Positions 22,504 through 30,422 of a stretch of DNA of 33,685 nucleotides are shown one piece after another. The notes beneath the pieces were generated by a model. It searched no databases. It saw nothing but the letters and a program-made list of their open reading frames with translations, and was not told where the DNA came from. The stretch spans positions 1 through 33,685 of IMG/VR virus record IMGVR_UViG_3300031758_000299; one strand, 5' to 3'. Source of the DNA: a virus (Duplodnaviria > Caudoviricetes). Every line of letters starts with the position of its first letter. Position 1 is the stretch's first letter. The position numbers were made by a program, and so were the translations under genes.

Positions 22504-23013
22504 TCACCGCTTCAGCGTCGCGTTGATGGCGTCGGCCGACCGGCGGGCACCGTTCGACGTCCCGAAGTAAAAACCCACCACGGCGGTCCAGGCGGTCGCC
22601 AGCGAGCCGATGAGGACCAGCAGGGGTTCGCGCCCCACCTCGGGCAGCCCGAACGCCATGGCGAAGCCAAGCGCCGCGAAAAAACCCAGGGTGATGAAGA
22701 ACGCCAGCGCCGGGGTCGCCCAGTCCCGCATCAGCGCGTGCCGGGCGCGGGCGTCGGCACGGTCGGCGGCGTCGGCGCGGATCACGTCCAACTCAATTTC
22801 CGCTAACCGGGTGCGGAGTTGGGCAGCAAGCGCCGGATCGCCCGCAAGCGCCTGCGCGACCGCATCGGGCTCAGTCTGTCCGGTGACCGCCTGCGCGACT
22901 TCGACCACCTTGCGCGCGATGTCTCCGGCCGGCTCTCCTGCGATGCGTTCCGCGACGGCGGGGACGATGTAGGGCAACACGGCCCCCAGAAGGGGGAGCA
23001 ACGGGAGGGGCAT
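22504..23013 (-). CDS. Holin-like protein (GTA-type 3TM holin family)
   Basis: DRADARAR followed by two TM helices ending VVGFYFGTS; adjacent to the lysozyme. Confidence 0.75.
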   Translation of the reverse strand: MPLPLLPLLGAVLPYIVPAVAERIAGEPAGDIARKVVEVAQAVTGQTEPDAVAQALAGDPALAAQLRTRLAEIELDVIRADAADRADARARHALMRDWATPALAFFITLGFFAALGFAMAFGLPEVGREPLLVLIGSLATAWTAVVGFYFGTSNGARRSADAINATLKR

Positions 23014-23016
23014 GGA

Positions 23017-23532
23017 TCACTCCTTCACGAATAGAGCGCGCTCGGCGGCGCGGCGGCGCACAAGTCCCGGAAGTTCGACGCCCTTGGCCTTCGTCCACCG
23101 GCCGAACTGATCAGCCGCACCCGCGTAGTCCCCAGCATTGAGCATCTTGGCGAGGGTGGACGCACCAAAGGCCCCGGCCCCGATGTTGTAGGCGAGGCTC
23201 GCGCAAGCGCCGTGCTGGTTAGCAGTCAAGGGGACCGTGACGGCCCGGCGAACCGCGATGGCGAACTGCCGGGCGTCAACCGCAAGGCGCACATCGGCTT
23301 GTTGCTGCGTCCACGTCAGTCCACCCACGATGCCGTCCCCGGTCGCGCCCCAGCCGATCGTCCACACGCCCGCTGGACAGCGGTAGGCCGTCAGCTTGCA
23401 CCCCTCGAATTCCTTGATGACGGGAAGGGCCGCATTGACCGCGAGGGTGATCGGATCGACCGGGATGGGTGGAGAAGTGGCGGGCGCACGCACGCGCGCG
23501 AAACGCTCGGCAAGGCGGGACCAGAGAGACAT
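23017..23532 (-). CDS. Endolysin, GH24 phage lysozyme
   Basis: IKEFEGCKLTAYRCPAGVWTIGWGAT...YNIG...GLVRRRAAERALF; GGAGG RBS. Confidence 0.93.
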   Translation of the reverse strand: MSLWSRLAERFARVRAPATSPPIPVDPITLAVNAALPVIKEFEGCKLTAYRCPAGVWTIGWGATGDGIVGGLTWTQQQADVRLAVDARQFAIAVRRAVTVPLTANQHGACASLAYNIGAGAFGASTLAKMLNAGDYAGAADQFGRWTKAKGVELPGLVRRRAAERALFVKE

Positions 23533-23542
23533 GACGCCTCCA

Positions 23543-23704
23543 TCAATTCGGCTTTGGCGACCAGTCGGTTTCGATGACGAATTCAAGGGCATCCGCGCCC
23601 TCGTCATCGGGGGCGAACTCGACCTTGGGGTGCTTGCGGGGTTCGCGGATCGGCGGCGGCTTCTTGGGTCGCTTCTTGATCCTAGGCGGCACGGGGCTCG
23701 CCAT
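23543..23704 (-). CDS. Small basic/acidic peptide (53 aa, not in track)
   Basis: MASPVPPRIKKRPKKPPPIREPRKHPKVEFAPDDEGADALEFVIETDWSPKPN fills the gap between the phosphoesterase and the lysin. Confidence 0.5.
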   Translation of the reverse strand: MASPVPPRIKKRPKKPPPIREPRKHPKVEFAPDDEGADALEFVIETDWSPKPN

Positions 23705-24701
23705 AGAGCCGGGACAGTTCACGGAACGTGCGGAGAGGTGCGGACAGGATTTCCCCGCCCTCGATCATCATGTCCACGATGCCGTAGGTAAAACCCGTGG
23801 GGAGAGAGCTGGCATAGGATGGAACGTAATTGTGGGGCATGGCGCACCCGACATTTACGACCGTCACGCTGTTCGCGTAACCCTGCTTCGGCCGGCGCAC
23901 GTAGTTATAGCGGTGGGTGTGCCCGAACACGACGCTAAACGTCGCCTCGTTCGCAATGGTGTTCTCGACGTTCTTCCCGCCAAGCGGGCGGCCCATGATG
24001 GACTGCGGCGCGTGGGTGAACCCCACTCCGCCGATCACCGTCCAATGCCGATAGCCTTGGTGGGTCCAGCCGAAGGATTCAAAGAGCGTGTCCCGCTGGC
24101 CGGCGTACATGCCCCGCGCTTTGGGGTCGATGTCCTCGGCGCGCTCGGCTCTCTCTTCGTGGTTCCCGTATGTGATGTGCTTGCGGGGGTGGAAATCGGG
24201 CGACAACTGAGCGTCGAAGACCTGCAACGCATCCAGACCCGACGCCATGTCTTCCATGAAGGACGGCTTCCCGCGCGCTTTGTATGTGTCTTCCCGTTCG
24301 TGGGTGGACAAGCTCGCGAAGTCGAGGAAGTCCCCGATACTGAGGATCACGTCCGGCCGTGTCGCTTCGGCGTGGGCGCCCATCAACGCGAAGCGGGACT
24401 TGTCGGGGACGCGGGGGTCGTCGTGGGCGTCCCCGATCACCATCACCCGGACAAGCCCCTCCGGCGGGCCGATCTTCCGGTACTTCGGCGCCTCCCTCGG
24501 GGACAGGTCGGGAACCGGCGAGCCATAGTCCTGCGTCAGTTCCGCCACCATCCTTCGGCCTTCGGACGAGTAGATGGTTGACCCCAACGTTTTGGTGTTG
24601 ATGCCCAACTCGCTTGCGGCGCGAACGACGGACTTATCATTGCGAAGCCACGCCTCGATCCGGGTTCGGATCGCATCTTCCGCAAGGGATCGCCCGGTCA
24701 T
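23682..24701 (-). CDS. Calcineurin-like metallophosphoesterase with N-terminal HTH
   Basis: IGDAHD, IGDFLD, GNHE, THAP, GHTH motifs; N-terminal VVRAASELGINTKTLGS. Confidence 0.88.
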   Translation of the reverse strand: MTGRSLAEDAIRTRIEAWLRNDKSVVRAASELGINTKTLGSTIYSSEGRRMVAELTQDYGSPVPDLSPREAPKYRKIGPPEGLVRVMVIGDAHDDPRVPDKSRFALMGAHAEATRPDVILSIGDFLDFASLSTHEREDTYKARGKPSFMEDMASGLDALQVFDAQLSPDFHPRKHITYGNHEERAERAEDIDPKARGMYAGQRDTLFESFGWTHQGYRHWTVIGGVGFTHAPQSIMGRPLGGKNVENTIANEATFSVVFGHTHRYNYVRRPKQGYANSVTVVNVGCAMPHNYVPSYASSLPTGFTYGIVDMMIEGGEILSAPLRTFRELSRLYGEPRAA

Positions 24702-24937
24702 CGGTCAGGCCCGAACCTGTCCAGACGATGTTCGATCCGTTGCAGGCTCTCCCCGGCGGACCGAAGCTGCGCTTCCAATTCAGTCAGGCGGGTGGACGTC
24801 TGTTCGTTCTGGCTGATCCACCGCTCTATGTGATCCACCCGTGTCGTGAGCCGCGAGGCCCACCACACGAAGCCGATAAGGTGGGCGAGGGTCACGACCG
24901 CCAGCCCCAGGATCGGCGCCACGTCCCCGGCGCTCAC
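24698..24937 (-). CDS. Membrane protein with coiled coil (holin/antiholin-like)
   Basis: One TM followed by ...LQRIEHRLDR. Confidence 0.65.
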   Translation of the reverse strand: MSAGDVAPILGLAVVTLAHLIGFVWWASRLTTRVDHIERWISQNEQTSTRLTELEAQLRSAGESLQRIEHRLDRFGPDR

Positions 24938-25215
24938 GACGGATCACCATCAAGATGGACCTTCAGCCCGTTGCCCTCGACCCCGCAGGCCATGCCCCGC
25001 ATGGGCGAAAGCAGCATGATCGCCCCCTTGCCATCGGGGAGCCTAACCATGGCCCACACGTCCCCGTCGCCGTCGGTGAACTCGGCCACCGGAGCCGCCT
25101 TGAGCGACTTCAGGATGTCCATCGCCGCCTGCAAAGGCATACAGGGGAGACGCACTTGCGCCGCGGCCGAACTCGAAACGAGCGCGACCGCAGCGGCTAT
25201 GACCGCTGTCCTCAT
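24934..25215 (-). CDS. Secreted/periplasmic small protein
   Basis: AGGAG RBS; signal peptide MRTAVIAAAVALVSSSAAA; C...AC.V..G. Confidence 0.7.
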   Translation of the reverse strand: MRTAVIAAAVALVSSSAAAQVRLPCMPLQAAMDILKSLKAAPVAEFTDGDGDVWAMVRLPDGKGAIMLLSPMRGMACGVEGNGLKVHLDGDPS

Positions 25216-25236
25216 GGGGGCTCCTGTATGTCCGTA

Positions 25237-25265
25237 TTGTTGGCCGGCACGCGGCCCGGTAGAGT
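25237..25265 (+). promoter_or_regulatory. Putative promoter for the leaderless moron gene
   Basis: TTGTTG-17 nt-TAGAGT-6 nt-ATG (25272). Confidence 0.45.
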
Positions 25266-25271
25266 GGGCGG

Positions 25272-25472
25272 ATGATCTTGAAATTCGCGCAGTTCGTCGT
25301 GGTCTGTTACGTGACGTGGTTCCTGCTGTATGGCGGGGCTCAGGTCTCAACCACGAATCCGCTCGCTGCCGGCCTTGCCGGCTGGTTCTGCGCCTTCCTC
25401 TTCACCTTGGCGTGGATGTGGGTGAAGGGTCTATTCGCCGGTCTGGCCGGGCTTCGGAAGAGCTATCATTGA
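25272..25472 (+). CDS. Two-TM membrane protein on the opposite strand (moron-like)
   Basis: MILKFAQFVVVCYVTWFLLYGG...AGWFCAFLFTLAWMWVKG; overlaps the 3' end of the ejection gene. Confidence 0.65.
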   Translation: MILKFAQFVVVCYVTWFLLYGGAQVSTTNPLAAGLAGWFCAFLFTLAWMWVKGLFAGLAGLRKSYH

Positions 25473-27473
25473 CGCCACCACTGAGATGGCCGGGTCGCTG
25501 TTCGGAGCCAGAACGGACAACCGTTTGAGGCGGTCGATGGCGTCCGGGGCCGTCAGGATGTCGGCCAGTTCTTCGGCGTTCTTCCGGTAGCGGGCGCGCT
25601 GGACCCATTCCGTGATTGTCTTCTTGGGCGTCAACGCTTGCTGCACCCCGCCTTGTTCCATCTCGCGCGTGAGGAGCCGGTTGAACTCCGTCTGAGACCC
25701 GGGGGCAAGGCGTCGGCCCGTGGCTTCCAGCACTTGCAACAGGTTCTCAAAACCCTGCCGGATGGACGTGCCGTTCTTCGGGTCCAACGCCTCCAGCGCC
25801 GCAGACAGATTGCGATCCTGTTGCGGGTTGCCGGCGACGAGAATGCGGAACCGGGCACCTGCGTTCTCGGCGTTAGTCAGTTGCTTCTTCGACGCCTCAT
25901 TAAAGGCGTTCTGAAGGAACTGGCGGGTCAGGTCGCGGGCCGCAGTCGGGTCTTTCTCATTCACTTCAAGGATCGCCCGACGGACGGCATTCGGGTTCAA
26001 CGTCTCAGGCTTCGCGGGGAAGAGGATCTGGCGCTGCTTGGCAAAGGCGCCCGCATCCAACGGGTCCGTCGCGGCAAGCTGCCCGACCGGGGATCGGATG
26101 GCGGGGTTCACGATTTCGTTGGTGATCCGCTCGTACTCGGCAAGGCCCTGACGGTAGTCGTCGCTGCTTCGCGCCATCAGGTCACGCAGTTCGCCCAGAA
26201 GCGGGCCGATCTTCGCCGCCGTCTCCTTATCGATGGCGTCTGCCGCGATGTCGGGCTTGTCCATACGGTCGCGGAAGAACTTACGCGCGCGGTCAAGATT
26301 CTCAATGTCCGTCACCGGGACGCGGGCCTGAGCGGGCGTACCGGGCGTGGATGGAACGAACTTTCCATCGACGTACTGAGCGCGGGTTCCCGGCACGGCG
26401 TCTTTGGCCGGCGCTTCAATCAGTCGGCGGCGCAACTCGGCCAGCGGGCCACCAGACAGGATGCCCGTCTTGTCGGCCGCAATCATGTCATCGATCTTGG
26501 CAATGATACCCTCGACGTCCTGTGCCGGGACGCGAACGGGGTCTGCGGCCTTGTAAAGCGGCCTTACCGCCTGAGTACGCGCCTCTCCCACGTCCTTAAT
26601 CACGTCCTGTGCTGCGGCTTGGACGCGGGGCGGGATTTCGGCCGGGATGGGCGATGCCGGGCCAATGGCGTCCAGTTCGCGCGTCACCGCGCCTTCAACC
26701 TGACCGGGGCGGCGGTTCATAAAATCCTGCATCCGCACGCCACCGCCGCGCGACTGCTCAACGACCCGTTGGACGTCCTGCAACGGGGTGCGGCCGGTCA
26801 CCTGTGCGATGGCCTCAGCCACCGTCAGATCAACGCCCCTCGACCGTGCGGCATCCATCAACCGCTGCGTCATCTCGACCTGAGATGGATCAAGCCCCTC
26901 CAGCGCATCGCGGGCGATGGACGACGACGTGGCGGGAAACGCGCGAACCTGCCCAGCGAGCAACGGAAGACCGACGCCAGCGACGACGCGCCCAGCCTGT
27001 TCGTAGGGCGTGCCCTCAAGCGCCTGCCCGGCGGCCTCGGCACCACCGCCACCAAGCGCGCCCATGATCACACCACCAGCGCCGAAGGGCGAACTCGCCA
27101 TCCCCTCAACCGCCCCGGCTGCGATCTTCCCCGGTGCGCTTTCCGGGCGACGGTTCATCTGGAACCCCAACTTCCCCATGAACCCGGCGACGTCTTCCGG
27201 GGTGGGGAGAAGGTTCTTCACCTCGTAGGCGGGAGGGAGGCCCGTGGCGGCTTCCATGCCAGCATTCGCCCCGGAGCGGACGAGCGACTCAACTGACCCA
27301 GGAAGGCCGATCAAGTTGGCGATGCCCCGCAGGGCCGCCTGAGACGCCAAGTCCTGTGCGTTTACCGCCGTTTCGGCACCGGAGACGATGGCGGCCTTCG
27401 CCCTGTCACCGCGCGACGGGATAAGATCCGCGAAGTCGTCGCCGGGGATCAGGTCATCGAACTCGCCAGCCAT
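25431..27473 (-). CDS. Internal virion / DNA ejection protein (large)
   Basis: FDDLIP repeats at the N-terminus, Gly/Ala-rich helices, and position as last of three ejection genes. Confidence 0.7.
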   Translation of the reverse strand: MAGEFDDLIPGDDFADLIPSRGDRAKAAIVSGAETAVNAQDLASQAALRGIANLIGLPGSVESLVRSGANAGMEAATGLPPAYEVKNLLPTPEDVAGFMGKLGFQMNRRPESAPGKIAAGAVEGMASSPFGAGGVIMGALGGGGAEAAGQALEGTPYEQAGRVVAGVGLPLLAGQVRAFPATSSSIARDALEGLDPSQVEMTQRLMDAARSRGVDLTVAEAIAQVTGRTPLQDVQRVVEQSRGGGVRMQDFMNRRPGQVEGAVTRELDAIGPASPIPAEIPPRVQAAAQDVIKDVGEARTQAVRPLYKAADPVRVPAQDVEGIIAKIDDMIAADKTGILSGGPLAELRRRLIEAPAKDAVPGTRAQYVDGKFVPSTPGTPAQARVPVTDIENLDRARKFFRDRMDKPDIAADAIDKETAAKIGPLLGELRDLMARSSDDYRQGLAEYERITNEIVNPAIRSPVGQLAATDPLDAGAFAKQRQILFPAKPETLNPNAVRRAILEVNEKDPTAARDLTRQFLQNAFNEASKKQLTNAENAGARFRILVAGNPQQDRNLSAALEALDPKNGTSIRQGFENLLQVLEATGRRLAPGSQTEFNRLLTREMEQGGVQQALTPKKTITEWVQRARYRKNAEELADILTAPDAIDRLKRLSVLAPNSDPAISVVASMIALPKPGQTGE

Positions 27474-28813
27474 CACAGGTCTCCCGGAGGCTCAATGCCC
27501 ATATCCCGCAGGCGCTTGGCGATAGCGTCCCTTTGAGCCCCGCGAGCAATAGCGGCACGAGCGCGCTTGATGACGTCTTCTTGCTCGGGCGTGTAGGACG
27601 TGGCTGCTGGGCGCGGCTGCTGCGCGGCCAGGGCATCGGCTGCCGGGCGCTGCGTCGTCAGAAGGTTGCGCTGGCGCGTCGTGAGCGGGTCGCCCAGCTT
27701 GGACAATTCCTCAGACACAGACACCGGGTCGGGCACGTTCCCGTTCTTCCGCGCGTTGTCGCGGAACACCTGCGCCACCTTGCGGTCGTACTCGTCCAAC
27801 TGCCGCATCATGCCGAGGATTGCCCGGACGCCATCCGGGGTGTTGGCGAGGGTCGGGATCTGGTTGCGGATGATGGACCGCTCGTTCTCCGTGATCTGGC
27901 CTTGCCCCTTCGGCGCCACCTCAAGTTCAAGGCGGGCTTGGAGGGACTTGAAGACCTCGGCGTCGGACAGATTGCCGCCCACCTTGATACCGAACACGTC
28001 GTCCAGCAACTTGGACGCATTCAAGCGCAGCTCCGCCGTCGCGCCGGGCTTGAAGCCGTCGATGGCCTGTTCCATGCGATCGTAGAACTGAGCGCGGCGA
28101 TCGGCAGAACGCGCGGCCTCCTGCGCGACGCCGAACTGAGTGGCGGCGTCGGTGTATAGCTTCTCTGTCCCCTTGCGCTCGCCGGTCACGGTCACGTTGG
28201 TCGAGGCGGGGGCGGGCCGATCCCCGAGACGGCGCCCGAGGCCCGTGGGGCTGTTCGGGTCGCGCTCAAACACGCCTTGTTCCGTCGTGACGGTGGTGGG
28301 CGCCCTCGGCGTCTGCAACGATGCTGCTAGGTACGTGCGCCCCGCGCCATCGGGGTCTGCCAAGATGATCTGCTTCTGTGCGGGCGTCAGTTTGGTGTCG
28401 GATTCCAGCGCCGTGCGGAGCGATTGCCGCGTGGCCCGCTGTTGTTCCCCCGCCGCAATCTGCCCGCCGATCTGAGCCTTCTGGACCAGTTCGCGGACGT
28501 TCTGGTTTCCCGTCTTTTCGACGTTGGCAAGGGCGGCCTGCCCGGCTTCTCCCACCGCTCCGAAGAGGGAGGGGGACCGGGATGCCAGCATTCCCAGACC
28601 AAGCTGAAGCAACAGGTCGTAGGGACGTGCCGCGCGGTCGCTCTCGACGGCTTCCTGATAGGCTTCCGTCGTGAGCTCTGGGAAGACGGCGGGGGCCTTC
28701 CGGCTCCCGCCCCCGCCCTTCAGTGCGGCGAGGAACCTTTCCATGCGATCTTCGGGCGTATCGCCAAAGTCAGAGATTTCGGCGTCATCAACCCCAAGAA
28801 TCATGCCGGTCAT
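27473..28813 (-). CDS. Internal virion / DNA ejection protein
   Basis: LLQLGLGMLAS...GEAGQAAL; GQGQITENER...P.LANTP.G motif; helical. Confidence 0.7.
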   Translation of the reverse strand: MTGMILGVDDAEISDFGDTPEDRMERFLAALKGGGGSRKAPAVFPELTTEAYQEAVESDRAARPYDLLLQLGLGMLASRSPSLFGAVGEAGQAALANVEKTGNQNVRELVQKAQIGGQIAAGEQQRATRQSLRTALESDTKLTPAQKQIILADPDGAGRTYLAASLQTPRAPTTVTTEQGVFERDPNSPTGLGRRLGDRPAPASTNVTVTGERKGTEKLYTDAATQFGVAQEAARSADRRAQFYDRMEQAIDGFKPGATAELRLNASKLLDDVFGIKVGGNLSDAEVFKSLQARLELEVAPKGQGQITENERSIIRNQIPTLANTPDGVRAILGMMRQLDEYDRKVAQVFRDNARKNGNVPDPVSVSEELSKLGDPLTTRQRNLLTTQRPAADALAAQQPRPAATSYTPEQEDVIKRARAAIARGAQRDAIAKRLRDMGIEPPGDL

Positions 28814-28821
28814 GTCTCACC

Positions 28822-29817
28822 TCAATCGCGAAAGCCGGGAATGCCGATGCCGTCCTTGCCGAGCCACCCGAGCCCTCGCGGCCCGGCGATGCCGACGCCG
28901 GTTGCCGCTCCGCCGATCAACTGAGACAGAAGCGAGGCCCCCGGCTGGTTCGTCGTCGTGCTGCGCTCGTAGGGCGTGCCCTGCAAGGCCGACTGAAGGA
29001 TCTGGAGATTGCGGATCGGCCAGTCCCGAGCCTCGCGGAAATCTCCATATTGCGTGTCAAAGATCCCCTGCGCGATGCCACGCTCCTGCCCGCCGAGCGA
29101 GTTGAGGAGTTGGATGATCGACGCGTCGTTCCCGAAGCCCGTTTGCCCGAGGTTCGCGAGCGTCGTGGCCCCGGCAATGTCCCGGCTCGCCCCGGCGTTG
29201 TTGATCTGTTCGAGGAGCTGGCTAATCTGCAATCCTCGGTTCTGTTCCTGATTGAACTGCTGCTGACCGCTCTCGAAAGCCTGAGAGGCGACCTGTCCGA
29301 CCTGTCGCTGCGTCTGGTCGCGCTGTAGCCCTTCCGCCACCGCCTGACGGGACCCGCCGAACGCCCCGGCCTTGGCCGCACGCGCGCGGATGTCGTTAAG
29401 GCTCCGGTCCCCCGTGCGCTCGATTTCCCCGAACACCGCGTCCATGTACGGGTTCATAAAGGCGGTCGTGTCGCTGTCCTTGAACCGCTGGCCGGAGGCG
29501 AGCGCGACCGGCATGGCCCCGCTCTCTCGGCCCGTGGCCCCGCGCACCATCCCCGCCGCTTCGGTGAGGAACGGATTGCCCGACATGCCACCAGCCTTGG
29601 TGCGGGCGTCCATCTCCATCGGCGTGAACCCCGCAACGCGAGGCCCGGTGTACTGAGGTGGCGTGCCGAGGTTCGACGGCCAGTTTCCCGCCGCGACCTG
29701 TTCCGCCGTCTGGAAATTACGGCGGCCGGCGTCGGTGACCCAATCGGGGATGCTCTGCGTCTGCGTGGCGGTCTGGCGGCCGGTGCCGAACAAGTTGTCG
29801 AAGATGCTCATGTTCAC
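28822..29817 (-). CDS. DNA transfer/pilot protein
   Basis: TQTQSIPDW, FMNPY, AGAFGGSRQAVAE; Gln/Gly-rich. Confidence 0.75.
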   Translation of the reverse strand: MNMSIFDNLFGTGRQTATQTQSIPDWVTDAGRRNFQTAEQVAAGNWPSNLGTPPQYTGPRVAGFTPMEMDARTKAGGMSGNPFLTEAAGMVRGATGRESGAMPVALASGQRFKDSDTTAFMNPYMDAVFGEIERTGDRSLNDIRARAAKAGAFGGSRQAVAEGLQRDQTQRQVGQVASQAFESGQQQFNQEQNRGLQISQLLEQINNAGASRDIAGATTLANLGQTGFGNDASIIQLLNSLGGQERGIAQGIFDTQYGDFREARDWPIRNLQILQSALQGTPYERSTTTNQPGASLLSQLIGGAATGVGIAGPRGLGWLGKDGIGIPGFRD

Positions 29818-30419
29818 CCCCAGAACCCAGGATCGCCGCCCATGCCCGTCGAATCGCGGGACACGGCGTCGATCGAATTGCCGACAGCATCGGTCGTGCG
29901 GTCGCCCGCATCGGGCACGCCGCCTTCACCCATCTGGTTTTCGTTGACGCCCCACTGATTGCCCTGCGCCTGTAGGGCCGCTTCAAGCATCTGCTGGTCA
30001 ATGGACGTGCCGAACATCCCGAAGGGGCTGGCCGCGTTGGCGAACGCCGATCCTGACGACAAGGCGTTGGGGATGCCGAGCGACGCGAGGTCCGACCCCG
30101 CGAGGTTCATCCCGCGCGTCGTGTCCACCCCGGCGCCCATGAGGGAGCCGATCAGGCCGCCCATCATTCCGCCGGCCATCTTGCCCGAGGAATAGTCGTA
30201 GATCGGCCCCTGACTGACCGCGAGGGGATCGCGGCTGTACGAGGGTCCACCCATGCCCATGTCTTCCGCGCCCCGCGTTTCGGGGATCGGCATCTCTACC
30301 TTGGGGAGCGCGGCGGCGACTTCGGGCTTCGGCTCCTCGCGCGCGGGCATCGCGGGCGCATAGCCTCTCACCCGGTCAGCCCCGAACAAGCCGACCAGCG
30401 TATCAAGCAGGGTTGCCAT
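29814..30419 (-). CDS. Gly-rich virion-associated protein
   Basis: Gly/Met-rich ORF between the tail hub and ejection genes; GGAGG RBS. Confidence 0.6.
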   Translation of the reverse strand: MATLLDTLVGLFGADRVRGYAPAMPAREEPKPEVAAALPKVEMPIPETRGAEDMGMGGPSYSRDPLAVSQGPIYDYSSGKMAGGMMGGLIGSLMGAGVDTTRGMNLAGSDLASLGIPNALSSGSAFANAASPFGMFGTSIDQQMLEAALQAQGNQWGVNENQMGEGGVPDAGDRTTDAVGNSIDAVSRDSTGMGGDPGFWG

Positions 30420-30422
30420 GGA

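Noticed and set aside
25638-27296. 552-aa plus-strand ORF
   Set aside because: Antisense to the ejection protein gene; typical high-GC shadow ORF.
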